Origin: Paramoeba atlantica
Taxonomy: Eukaryota > Protista > Discosea
Assembly (NCBI GenBank): GCA_977017575.1
Contig: CDRNVI010000042.1
Location: 62,001 to 126,000, forward strand
Direction of reading: 5' to 3'
Length of the DNA stretch: 64,000 nucleotides
Within the stretch, counting starts at the first letter, position 1. Every line of letters begins with the position of its first letter. Below, piece by piece: positions 53,942 to 64,000 of the stretch. Both the position numbers and the translations under genes were made by a program. The notes under the pieces are model-generated. The model had not been told where the DNA came from. It saw only the letters and a list, made by a program, of their open reading frames with translations, and ran no database searches.

Positions 53942-53950
53942 TTTTTTTTT
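53819..53950. repeat. 15-bp tandem repeat x5 followed by (TTTC)n and poly-T
   Basis: TGCGTATCTTGCCTA variants at 53819-53892, then microsatellite. Confidence 0.9.
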
Positions 53951-54128
53951 GAATTTATCTAATTCCAGCCGAAAACATATTTTAATTGCACCGTTCATGT
54001 TCTACAAGAAAACACACCCCATAGATTCAATTTGAGACACTACAAATTGATACACATTACTACTCTCATCTTTATTATCTCGGTACATTTACATTTTTCC
54101 TTTTAAGAAAATTTCGTTTTTGCTTGTA

Positions 54129-54490
54129 CCGGGTATTGCTTAATTACGGAATTTCTTAATTACAGGTAACGGTTAAAATTTTGTCGATTTTAACATTAAA
54201 TCGGTGTAACCGTAATTAAGAAATTCCGTAAATGGGAAAACGGTTATTGATTGACGGCACGCGCACCCTTATAAGTTATAACGGACCCAGAAAGGTATGT
54301 ATAACGCATAAAGCTTGCACTCTTATAGTGCATATTGTACCCTTGATAACGCAGATGGTACCCTTGATAATGCATATAGGGCCACTGATAATGCATATTG
54401 TATCCTTGATAACCCATAAAACTCGCACCCTTATAATGCATAATGTAACCTGATAAAGCATAATGTAACCTGATAATGCATCATGTAATC
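54129..54490. repeat. Single end of the CCGGG-MITE family followed by an imperfect ~21-bp minisatellite
   Basis: TA|CCGGGTATTGCTTAATTACGG matches the left part of 45831. TACCCTTGATAATGCATATTG-like units at 54320-54490. Confidence 0.7.
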
Positions 54491-54649
54491 GAATAAAAAA
54501 AATCTGTCTTTCTTTCACCATGTGCCAAACGGTAGAAATGTTGGGAAAATAATATACTATAAAACTGTATGGGCCTTGTTTGTATTGGATATTTGCATTG
54601 CGTGTGCCTTGTATTGAGAGGGTTGAAACCTGTTAAGTTTTGTCTGGTT

Positions 54650-56044
54650 TTTGCCAGGACACCTATTTTTTGGGGCGTCATTTTGGGAGACGTGTCACGG
54701 CTTCAAGAAGGGGTATCTTGTGAAAACAACGGCGTAGAAAGCTAGTATTGTTCCCAAACTCTCAAACTACTATAGGTGAAACGATTCGAAAAATTATTTT
54801 TACCCATGTTTTTCGCCAAGTTAACATTTTTTTCAAATTTCTTTTCAGAAAAAAACGAACTTGGCAGCCCGATCCTGTTGATACCAGGGGGAGTCGTCCC
54901 CGAGTACGGTGGAAAATGTGCGCCAAGACCTCGGCTACCCCTTCTGGTGGTTTATTTCGAAAAGTTTTTTTTTCAAACGACGGAGACCAAGTTTTTTTCG
55001 TGAGTTGAATTCCAACACGTTACAGCGTGTGCTGTGCTAATTTTCCAATATAAAACTTGAAATTCACTCTTTTCTTCGTTAGCCTGAGAGTTGTAACGCA
55101 TTTTGCTTTCGCTGCTCACTTCGAATTCTTCCATATACCACCATATCACCACAGACGCATTACCCCCCTCTAAGGTGTTGGTAACCTGTTCTGGGCCGTG
55201 AAGATGCCCTATGAGCTTCTCGATATGGCGCTTCACGGGCCCATAGATCATCCGAGGGCGCAAAGGTGTATTTTCCAAGCGTCGCGTGGATGCTCTCTGA
55301 GCATAATATTTTTGAATCGCTTCGTTAAACGCGGTGGTTGTTTTCAACTTAGAAGTCGCTTCATGCTGCATTGAACGAAGTACGATGGAAGTACGATGAT
55401 GAAATTTTAACCCAAATTTGGGCCGTTTTTGATCCCTGACCAGTAGGGGTAGGAGGCGAATCTGTCGAAAGAAACGTCGCAGAATGGTAGCTGAAATCCA
55501 AAACTCTTAAAATACGTTTTAGGAGTCTATTTTGGAAAAGTAATTTTTTTTTTTTTTGGGTTAATCCCAAAACTTTTTTTTGGGAGTTTTTTTTCGTCAT
55601 CCCAAAAATTTCAGATATTTTGACCTTGTCGGACCCCTCCTGCGCGTACCAGGGGGGGTCACCCCCAGGTGCGGGGGTGGAAAATTATCGCCGCGGCCTA
55701 CTCTGCCACTTCCCTGCGCTCGATTTTGAAAAGTAAAAAATTCGAAAACGAATTCGCGACGTATGCGCTCCCCCCTGGACCCCTCCCCCACCTGAACCCC
55801 CCCTGGACCCCCCCCTGGACCCCCCCTGGACCCCCCCCTAGACCCCCCCCTAGACCCCCCCTAGACCCCCCCCCTGGACCCCCCATTTTTTTGAATTTTT
55901 TTTTTCAGTTTTGGACCACCGGAGCCTCCTTCTATATTTTTTTCTTCTATTATATTACTGTGTTTCTCTTTATATTTTCACTGTTTTTGTTCATTTTTGT
56001 TTTCGATAATCGAGGGTAGAGCGGTAGTTATACAACCACCGCAA
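54650..56044 (+). repeat. R1 family copy with heterologous internal segment
   Basis: Shares the AAGAAGGGGTATCTTG module (12700, 12905), a half palindrome at 55320 and CCCCCCCTGGA/TAGA arrays. Right TIR ends at 56044. Confidence 0.75.
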
Positions 56045-56287
56045 TGTAGATGTACTATGTAAAAGTAATTCTATTTACTATGTAAATTAGAAAGAAATTG
56101 AATTTCAATTACCTCTCTTCGAGTTGAGGAAAGGAAAAATTGTAAATACCTACGGAGGGTTTACGAAACACCAAGTAAAAGCACAGAAAAACTTAGAAAT
56201 CACTCTGACTTCAAAAATTCAAAATTAACCTTCACTTTAAAACGTCCTTACACACTTTAATGACAACTTCTAGTATCTGTTTCTTTT

Positions 56288-56600
56288 TCATCCCTTAAAA
56301 TGAGCGCTGGAGGCGCGCTGTGCTTCTTCCGCTTTGGTGAAACACACATGTGTCAGCCTTTTCTTCGATACGACTGTGACAAAATCAACAGTCCCGTACA
56401 GAGAGTAATATTTTGTTATGTCTTCTTTGGTCATTAATAAGGGAAGATTTGCAATTATGATTGATCGCTCATCACGCTCCCCACGCGCAGAGTACAACAC
56501 GTCAAGTGAACCAATGTACTAGTCCCGCTTGCGCTTTGCATCCCTTTCCTTTGTCCGAAATACTGTCCTTGATTTAATTCACTCTCCGAAGACATACTCC
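56288..56600 (-). pseudogene. RRM-domain gene fragment
   Basis: RSIIIANLPLLMTKEDITKYYSLYGTVDFV...HVCFTKAEEAQRA. Frameshift relative to the upstream MSSESE start, premature end, antisense, flanked by elements. Confidence 0.5.
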
Positions 56601-56620
56601 TCCTCTCATTAATTTTTATA

Positions 56621-56823
56621 CTGTCCCCCCCCTTTAAGCGCACCCGGTCAGACCCCCCCGTTTAAGCGCACCCGGTCAGACCCCCCCGTTTAAGCGCACA
56701 TAGAGTTGAAGGAAAGAGCCCGGCGCCGCGAAGCGGCGCCAATTTTTTTTTTTATGTAGTGATTCAGACCCCCTTAAGCGCGCTTTTCGCGGAAAGCGAG
56801 GTGCGCTTAAACGGGGGGGACAT
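56621..56823. mobile_element. MITE (203 bp), TA flanks
   Basis: TA|CTGTCCCCCCCCTTTAAGCGCACC ... GGTGCGCTTAAACGGGGGGGACAT|TA, with an internal 29-bp tandem repeat. Confidence 0.85.
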
Positions 56824-57379
56824 TAAATATAGATTATAACAAAAATGAAAATTTATATTTATATTTATAATAATTAATGAGAGAGGGTAGGTGGAAGGAG
56901 GGTGATATACAACACTTTAGATGATAGGATGAACCAATTTGTTTCGCTGTAAGGATAGATTGCGGGTAAGCGAGGATGATAATTATGAGATGTTAACTAT
57001 AAATATTTGATTAAGCGCCCATAGAGTAATGAAGGGAGGGCTAATGTACAAAAGGCAGATCTGTACTTTCTGGAGAAAATTCTTCCTGTCCCTTCGTCTC
57101 CATAAGCGTGATTATGCGCTGATTTCTACGAATTTCTCCGTGATCAGCGATGCGCTGCGGGGAAAACAACGGGCCAAGCCCGTTGTCCGAAGTGCGGTCC
57201 AAACGTTTCGGGGATATAGAAATAATGTACTTGAGAAAAACTTAAAAGGATATGACTCTGAACAAAATTATAAATTTTTGCAGAAATATAAATGCTTGCA
57301 AAAAAAAAACCAAAGGTCATTTATAAAAATTAATGAGAGGGGGAGTAGTAAAGTATGCGAAGAATTTTGGAATTTTTTT

Positions 57380-57597
57380 TCGCAAAACGTTTTGCAAAAG
57401 TTTCGCGTTGTATGCCCCCCCCATGGACCCCCCCATGGACCCCCCAATTTTTTTTTTTTCAGATTTGGACCACCCGGGCCCGTTTTATATTTTTTTCTTC
57501 TATTATATTGCTGTGTTCCTCTTTATAAATTTTCACTGGTTTGGTTCACTTTTTTTTCAGTAATTGAGGGTAGAGCGGTAGTTATACAACCACCACC
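57380..57597 (+). repeat. R1 family 3' fragment
   Basis: CCCCCCATGGA repeats, T-rich module and GAGGGTAGAGCGGTAGTTATACAACCACC. Confidence 0.75.
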
Positions 57598-57841
57598 AGG
57601 TACACTGCGAAGGTGACAGTCTGTTCTACTAGGCAGCCGTATTCTGTCGATTTTAAAAAATTGAAATAAACTTTTTTAAAGTTTTATCGAAAAATTATGT
57701 AAATAAATTACCATGTGTATAGTAACTTTGCTGTATAGTAACTTTATTCGCAAAAGAAATAAAGTACTTTATTAAAGTTTCCGCGAACCCTGGATAAGAT
57801 TACTGATACTTGTTTTTTGATGCTTTCTATACTTTGTATGT

Positions 57842-59890
57842 ATGATAACGTTGAAAAATAGAATTAAAGAATATGGCGTTTTATTGAGTGGGTTTTCCGA
57901 AACCTCCTATTACACGGCCGGGTGCATCCTTCATTATCGATCCCGAGGATTTCGTGTGAAGAGATGGAGTGAAATAGTCTTCACTGATATTCAGATTCGG
58001 AATCGACTCATGTTGCTCTTTCTTTTATCGGACCTTCCTCAACGGAAGTTGGATCTTGCCGATTTAGTCAAGCATCCTGAACAGGAGCACCATCAGAATC
58101 TTCTACACAGTATTTCCCGAGGCTACGAGACTACGTTCCTTCCAATACAATTGACGAATAGGAACCTAAGTAAAATTGATAATTGGAACGAGTATTGCTT
58201 AGGTCGCTCTTATCTAAATTTCGCTACGCCGAATGAAAGACAACAGCAAAATGCTTTGCAACGTAAAAAAAGTACACATTCTCAACTGCCTTTAAGTGTG
58301 AGAGTGGTTGCCCTCTTGGTTTTAACTCCCGACGCATGCCCTATCCTATCACATGTATTTCTAGGGGATGCTGATTCGCAAGTTGGTATAGAAAGTTGTT
58401 TGCCTCTAAAAGCAATTCAATACAGAACACTTATTCCTGCATTGAAGCATTTAGAAATGCAGTGGAAAGCTAATGAAATCGTCATACGAAAAATTGCCTT
58501 GAGAAACATAGAAAATTCTGTAATTCGAATAACACATTCGAATTCTCTACAATCTGAGATACTGCAAATAGTACATAATGTCGCGAGCACGTGTACACGT
58601 ACTTTCCAAGGCCAGACCAGGTTACCCACAATGGACGAGAGGACAGACATATATTTTATGGTTCGCGCGATGTCAATGTTATCCCTTCATCGATTACTGT
58701 ATCCGAATGAAACATCGCCATCATTAACATCAGACACTCTTGAGGAAGTACTATGTGCGTGCGCTACGCATTTGTATGAGTGCGAATCGCTGGGCTTGTA
58801 TGACAAATCAATGTTCAGCCTGACAATTCACATTTTTGAGGCACTTATGATTCTTCGTCGTGCAATCATTGCCTTAAGCAAAACTGATTCGCTCACAGAG
58901 CGGGAAAGTTTTTTGATAAAACGAATTAGCGAAGTAATAACAAAGAAAATAACAGATTTACAAAAAGAGTTTAATTCAGGAGATCCCACTCTGGAAGAGT
59001 GCGTTGAATACTCACAATATGTCAACATTTGCTTTTCGGAAGGTTCGCCAAAATTATCAAAAATAGCACTCATAATTTTCGATAGACTGCGTTTGACATA
59101 CAAATCTGCGCAGCTTCGAGTCAAAGAGAGAGAACTAAACACGGAGAAGAAAGACCCCAATAAGGACAATTTTATCGAATTCGTGAAGTTGCATGGGCTC
59201 ATACTCCACGTCTATTACCAACGAATCTTGCTGGATGCTTTCGAGGAGACCGGGTGCACCAAGTATCTGGATGAAGCCTTGACTCTAGGCAATGTAATCG
59301 ACGATGTCTTTTTCTTCACAGCAGCCTCTGTGAAAAAATTTCTTCCCAACATCCGTGCTAAGGGATACTATTGCGATCTCGCAGTCCGTGAAAGAATGTT
59401 TTTTCCCGTAGTACAGCACTGCGATGATATAAATCAGCCGTGTGCAGTTGCCGTATTACTTCAGAATTTGCACCGTTTGAATCACATGCGCCATCCACTA
59501 AAATCTGAATACCGTGCGAAATTAAACACCTCCTTATCACATATAGTACCCATAATAAAAAAGAATCCTGAAAAATATTTGCAGCTCATTCACTGTGCGT
59601 TGCTTTGTTCGAAGAGTCCTTTCCTTGTAATTGTTGCAAATAAAGGCAATACCCACGAAGGACTTCGGAATATTATTGATGCTATTCCCACAAACAGATT
59701 GTCCATCATAATACGTAATACGAATCCGTCACACCCTGATTTTCTTCACCCATTCGCAATGCATCCCGTTTTTCGAAATATCACCATGTCTTCTTCAAAC
59801 TTTGTTGTGTGTATTGGCGATACCGCTGTAGCCCACTGCGATTCAATATCTGAACTGGAGGATGCGTTGCGAAAAGAGCGCAACATGTAA
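57842..59890 (+). CDS. Divergent SPATA20/YyaL-like protein (thioredoxin-like + alpha/alpha toroid)
   Basis: LVLTPDACP, LEMQWK, KYLDEALTLG..IDDVFF, LQNLHRL and the C-terminal FVVCIGDT...SISELEDAL resemble YyaL. True start may be downstream. Confidence 0.5.
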   Translation: MITLKNRIKEYGVLLSGFSETSYYTAGCILHYRSRGFRVKRWSEIVFTDIQIRNRLMLLFLLSDLPQRKLDLADLVKHPEQEHHQNLLHSISRGYETTFLPIQLTNRNLSKIDNWNEYCLGRSYLNFATPNERQQQNALQRKKSTHSQLPLSVRVVALLVLTPDACPILSHVFLGDADSQVGIESCLPLKAIQYRTLIPALKHLEMQWKANEIVIRKIALRNIENSVIRITHSNSLQSEILQIVHNVASTCTRTFQGQTRLPTMDERTDIYFMVRAMSMLSLHRLLYPNETSPSLTSDTLEEVLCACATHLYECESLGLYDKSMFSLTIHIFEALMILRRAIIALSKTDSLTERESFLIKRISEVITKKITDLQKEFNSGDPTLEECVEYSQYVNICFSEGSPKLSKIALIIFDRLRLTYKSAQLRVKERELNTEKKDPNKDNFIEFVKLHGLILHVYYQRILLDAFEETGCTKYLDEALTLGNVIDDVFFFTAASVKKFLPNIRAKGYYCDLAVRERMFFPVVQHCDDINQPCAVAVLLQNLHRLNHMRHPLKSEYRAKLNTSLSHIVPIIKKNPEKYLQLIHCALLCSKSPFLVIVANKGNTHEGLRNIIDAIPTNRLSIIIRNTNPSHPDFLHPFAMHPVFRNITMSSSNFVVCIGDTAVAHCDSISELEDALRKERNM

Positions 59891-60272
59891 TTTCCAATTT
59901 GACCTAACGTTTACATACCAGAAGGAGTAGCGTTATTTTTACACATGATTCTTCTCTACTAGAAAAATATCGTGAAACGGAGCTTTCCTGTGCCAACCAA
60001 AACATTCTAAACGTACTCCATTAAACGTACTCCATTCGGACGCCACATTAACTCCCTAATCCCCTCGACATTATCGTAAGAGATCCACGTATTGCGGACC
60101 GGACAAGAAATTCGAGAGTTCACTTGCCATCCTCTTTCCATACGACAACTGTTTAATATGAATCTCCTTTCTACTTCTCTGTAGAAGTGGTATGGCTAGA
60201 ATTCCATTATCAAACATTTGTAATCTCAAACATTAACTTTAGAAAGGTATACTATATCTTTAGCGGGTCTTA

Positions 60273-61778
60273 ATGGAGCCTGATGAGGCGCGTGCCATAG
60301 AGCATCTTCGTCGTCTGTTATGCAGTACCGAGCAACAGGATAATTTGATATTTTTAGACAACAGCGCTTTAGAAAATCAGAGGTTGATTGCCCAACAGTT
60401 AATTAGATACCCGTCCCTGTTAGAGTGGGAAAAAATATGTTCGCTGTACCAACTTACTCAGAATAAAGATTCATGTTCTCCAGCGCTGGAGAAAGTCGCT
60501 CCATTTGATTCAATGATACGTGAGCGGACTGCAGGAGTAGAAAAAGATTGTAACTGGAAAGTGGGAATACATCTTGTTCAAGAAGGTCGTTCGGCTGTAT
60601 GCATACTCGCTGGAGGTATGGGAACACGATTAGGATCCAACATGCCTAAGGGCATGTTACCATTATCCGGACTTTTGTCACATGACTCAGTATTCGCTTT
60701 CATAATGAAGAAAATACGCCGTGTAAAACATCTTGCCGATGCTTCGACCACTCCACTTCCCGTTCTTATAATGACAAGCGACGCGACTCACGACCTGACA
60801 AAACATTTTTTTGAAGTTCATAACTTTTTTGACCTCAATCCGGACCATATTCATTTTGTAGAGCAGTCTATGCTACCGTGCTTCACCATTAAAAATGGCA
60901 CACCTCAGTACGTATTCGATACCTCATCGATAGCCATGTCACCCTGTGGTAATGGTGATCTCTACGCGACACTGGCTCGCTCTGGAATGCTGTGCAAGCT
61001 TAAGGAGGAGTACAACACGGAGTATCTCCATATTTTAAATGTAGACAACCCACTCGCTCGGGTAGCCGATCCCTATCTCTCCGGCTACATGAAGGCAAAT
61101 AACTTAGACTTCGCGGCCAAGTATGTGGGCCGTGAAGACCCCAGTGAGTCCGTGGGTGTGTTTGTGGTAAGTCGAAGGCGAGATTGTGAAAAAGGGGTTT
61201 CTGCGGCTCCCGATGAATACTCAATATGGAAATGTCATGTTGCTGAATATACGGAGCTTGATAAGGCCAGTCAACAGAAACGGAAACCCAACGGAGAGTT
61301 TTATTATTTGTGCGCGAATATTGGCATGTATTGTGTAAGCATGAAACTGGTTCTTTCCCTTTGCGGTGATTCCTTAGGACGTCCTTCTGTAAATTTGCCC
61401 ATGCATTTAGCTACGAAGAGACACCCTACTCAGCGGAGTGAAACAGGTTTTGTGAACATCGTTAAATTAGAGTCGTATGTATTTGATATCATTTCTTATG
61501 CGAAGCACGTTGGACTTCTAAACGTCGAACGCTGTGAAGAATTTAGTCCAGTGAAGTGCGCGGATTCGACTAACACGATTGAATGTAACACACCCAGAAG
61601 GGCTGCAGAGGACATCATGTCCCTTCACGAAAGCTGGTTGAGAGCGGTCGGAGCCATTATTATACCCAATAATGATGGTATTTATCGAGTTGAAATCTCA
61701 CCTTTGATAAGCTACGACGGCGAGGGGCTAGAAAAATACAAAGGCAGACAAATTAGTTCTCCTTGTTATTTGAATTAA
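60273..61778 (+). CDS. UAP1: UDP-N-acetylglucosamine pyrophosphorylase
   Basis: LAGGMGTRLG..PKG, PCGNGDLY, NVDNPL, KLESYVFD and EEFSPVK. Confidence 0.93.
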   Translation: MEPDEARAIEHLRRLLCSTEQQDNLIFLDNSALENQRLIAQQLIRYPSLLEWEKICSLYQLTQNKDSCSPALEKVAPFDSMIRERTAGVEKDCNWKVGIHLVQEGRSAVCILAGGMGTRLGSNMPKGMLPLSGLLSHDSVFAFIMKKIRRVKHLADASTTPLPVLIMTSDATHDLTKHFFEVHNFFDLNPDHIHFVEQSMLPCFTIKNGTPQYVFDTSSIAMSPCGNGDLYATLARSGMLCKLKEEYNTEYLHILNVDNPLARVADPYLSGYMKANNLDFAAKYVGREDPSESVGVFVVSRRRDCEKGVSAAPDEYSIWKCHVAEYTELDKASQQKRKPNGEFYYLCANIGMYCVSMKLVLSLCGDSLGRPSVNLPMHLATKRHPTQRSETGFVNIVKLESYVFDIISYAKHVGLLNVERCEEFSPVKCADSTNTIECNTPRRAAEDIMSLHESWLRAVGAIIIPNNDGIYRVEISPLISYDGEGLEKYKGRQISSPCYLN

Positions 61779-62250
61779 GAATTCCTTTATTCGCTGCTAG
61801 ATGTTCGGGTACGTATCTACTTCGTTGACGGGTCAAGCAAATGGCATCCACTTCGTTGACAGTCGGATTTACTTTCAGTAATGCTCTTTTTTGGGGAAAA
61901 AGTCCCTTTTCACCCTTTTTATTCTACTGTAGCATTGAAATCACATCAACGAATCTTGAATTGTATTCCAATCTTCACTCTCCTTCAAAGTCATGTTATA
62001 TGTCTTAGTAGTCTTCATCCCTCTCTACTTCATCTTTTTCCACTTCATCTCTTACAGACATTAGCGCCAACATTTAGCGCCAAGTGGCAGGACTCGTGGT
62101 AGCCAAGTGGCATTCGTACTCCCTCCTTTGTAACAAACCTATATAAACCTATACCTTACTTATACCTTTCGTGCTATGATTCACGACTCGATGTTTTCAT
62201 AGTTCGATTTGTTTTTATAGATTTGAGAAATTTTATCGTTGGAAAAGAGC

Positions 62251-64000
62251 ATGCCTTCGAAAAGGAAAGTGTCAACGCCGAAGGCGAAAAGCATAGGTGC
62301 GAAGAAAGAAATGAGCCCCGAAAAACGATCAACGAAGGCACGAGCAAAGAAAACGACACAGCCTAACAATGATGTGGAAGCAAAAAAGGAAACCCGAAAG
62401 CGGACAAGTCCGCAACCAGAGTCTAGTAACGTGGAACCAAGAGAAAAACCGACAAAAAAGAAAGAGCCCCATAAGAGCGGATCAAAATCACACACAGAGA
62501 AAGATGGGTGTTCCAACACAGACGAAGACGTACGATCTATTGTCGTGAGTGCGTTTCAAAAAGCTCAACGCACTTCGGGATCTCATAACGCTCAGCGGAA
62601 AGTGTGTATGAAACTTCGCGCCTCCCTCTCTCACTCCGGCCTACTTACGCACACCATGTCTTCCTTCCTACTTCGGCTCTACACGGAGGTCTCCTCCTTA
62701 CCCACAGACGCTATGAATCGACTGATGAGTTTCCTACGTGACTATGTGCTGGAATGTCACCGTGAAGACAAAAACGACAACGAGGGGGTGGCTCTAATTG
62801 AGTTCTTCCTGCCCTATGAGAACGCGATGGAGAAACACACACGGCTACGTGTGCTTCACACGCTCCACACCCTTCTGGAGACCCTGGACTATCGCCAGTC
62901 CCGTCACGCGCTCTATGACACTCTCGTTGATATCCTGAGGCGTAGGATCCATGATAAGGCCCCCGCAGTGGCTGAGCGGGCGGTAAAAACTTGTGCATGT
63001 TTTATTTCCCAGGAGGATGTGGTACAGCATCTATTGGGAGTGCTGTGCTCCCATGAGAGCTCGGCGGTACGCGCTGCAGCCGTCGCGGCGCTCACCCAAC
63101 ACCCTCCGAATGACACAGCGGTGGTACCGCACGTGCTGCGCTGTGTGCGGGACGTAAGCGCTGTGGTGCGTCGTGAGGCATGGGAGGGGCTGGGGCGGCT
63201 GAAATGGAACCGATTTGTGGCGTACTCCGGGGACCAGGTACTGTTTTATCTCCACCATGGACTGCAAGAGACCTCCACGGCGCTGCGTACTGCGGTAGCG
63301 ACCACCGTGCTCTCCTCCTGGACTACTCGGGATAACCACAATGATATTGATGCTATGCTCGCCCCGATGGATCTGTCGAATTACACTCACGTGGACACGG
63401 TGGTGGGTCGGCTGCTGGCGCATGTCGCACGGATTGAGCCCAGCTGCGGACGTGTGCCTTTGCGGTTGACAAAACTCACCACACAAAACACGCTGTTGTG
63501 GCGATTGTCGGTGGATAGCTGGAATGAGGCCCCCAGGGTTAAGGAGACCGCGTCCGAGAGCACGACAAAGAGTACCGGCGAGGTGTACGACATGAAGATT
63601 GGTGATTACATTTCTCTTTTGCATGGTATTGCGATTCAAATCCATGATCCGAGCAAGGAGTGTGTGGCGGGGGACGTTCCCATCCATATACTGGACTTTG
63701 AAAACCAAAGCCTCTCCATTGTTCGAGAGTTACTTTTAACACTTCCATTATTTGAAAGCCGTGGGCTTTTACAAACTGCTACGGATAAGGATCGCTCGAA
63801 GTTACGCACAACGTTTGCTTTACTGTTCACAGCTGCCGTGGAAGACGACGCTCGAATTCTAGTAAAGGAGTGCATGCATTCCGCTCCACTGGTGATGCAG
63901 CAGGATGACTTAGTGGCGCTGCTAACACATAGTTTAGAGCGATTGTACAGTCACCTGGGCGTCGTGTCCCGAAACCGAATCTGTCTGGACGACGTAGAAG
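62251..64000 (+). CDS. NCAPG: Condensin subunit CAP-G/Ycg1 (partial, continues past the window)
   Basis: ATG at 62251 (not in the ORF track because no stop occurs in the window). AFQKAQRTSGSH and HEAT motifs EKHTRLRV, HDKAPAV, ESSAVRAAAV and RDVSAVVR. Confidence 0.8.
   Translation, partial: MPSKRKVSTPKAKSIGAKKEMSPEKRSTKARAKKTTQPNNDVEAKKETRKRTSPQPESSNVEPREKPTKKKEPHKSGSKSHTEKDGCSNTDEDVRSIVVSAFQKAQRTSGSHNAQRKVCMKLRASLSHSGLLTHTMSSFLLRLYTEVSSLPTDAMNRLMSFLRDYVLECHREDKNDNEGVALIEFFLPYENAMEKHTRLRVLHTLHTLLETLDYRQSRHALYDTLVDILRRRIHDKAPAVAERAVKTCACFISQEDVVQHLLGVLCSHESSAVRAAAVAALTQHPPNDTAVVPHVLRCVRDVSAVVRREAWEGLGRLKWNRFVAYSGDQVLFYLHHGLQETSTALRTAVATTVLSSWTTRDNHNDIDAMLAPMDLSNYTHVDTVVGRLLAHVARIEPSCGRVPLRLTKLTTQNTLLWRLSVDSWNEAPRVKETASESTTKSTGEVYDMKIGDYISLLHGIAIQIHDPSKECVAGDVPIHILDFENQSLSIVRELLLTLPLFESRGLLQTATDKDRSKLRTTFALLFTAAVEDDARILVKECMHSAPLVMQQDDLVALLTHSLERLYSHLGVVSRNRICLDDVE

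Noticed and set aside
54240-54490. Possible CRISPR-like array
   Set aside because: The units are contiguous imperfect tandem repeats with no unique spacers. The context is eukaryotic and there are no cas genes.
9162-57616. ORF-track entries inside R1 repeats (e.g. 9162-9548, 12591-13037, 55669-56019, 57029-57616)
   Set aside because: These are Pro/Gly/Phe/Lys-rich translations of non-coding repeat modules, with no domain evidence.
1-64000. Spliced-leader RNA gene, rRNA or snRNA
   Set aside because: No AACTAACG...CAGTTTCTGTAC-type SL sequence or other recognisable structural RNA was seen.

Overview
Eukaryotic, intron-free, transposon-rich genomic DNA. It is most consistent with a kinetoplastid (Perkinsela/prokinetoplastid-like). 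This is an inference from four features: all recognisable host genes are unspliced and lie co-directionally on the + strand, there is an OB-fold-containing PIWI-tryp-type Argonaute, there is a TimRhom-like rhomboid pseudoprotease, and there is a VIPER/TATE-like retroelement. Host genes: LOTUS-domain protein, EDR1-domain kinase, DPH3, LRR paralogues, RPB10, rhomboid-like, eIF3e, nucleoplasmin-like, NAA10, TTC27, PIWI, SPATA20/YyaL-like, UAP1 and condensin CAP-G (runs off the window end). Intergenic space holds one retroelement and several DNA transposon families. The retroelement is a split-direct-repeat (A-RT/RH-B-A-B) tyrosine-recombinase-type element lacking gag and YR, and it is interrupted by a Merlin derivative with an 8-bp TSD. 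The DNA transposons are Tc1, pogo, an intact hAT (8-bp TSD) nested in a PIF/Harbinger-ISL2EU-like element, a Merlin pseudogene, several TA-flanked MITEs, and an unclassified repeat family (R1) with palindromic TIR tips. Starts were moved to ATG where the supplied ORF track used alternative starts. All family assignments come from motif recognition by eye; no database searches were run.
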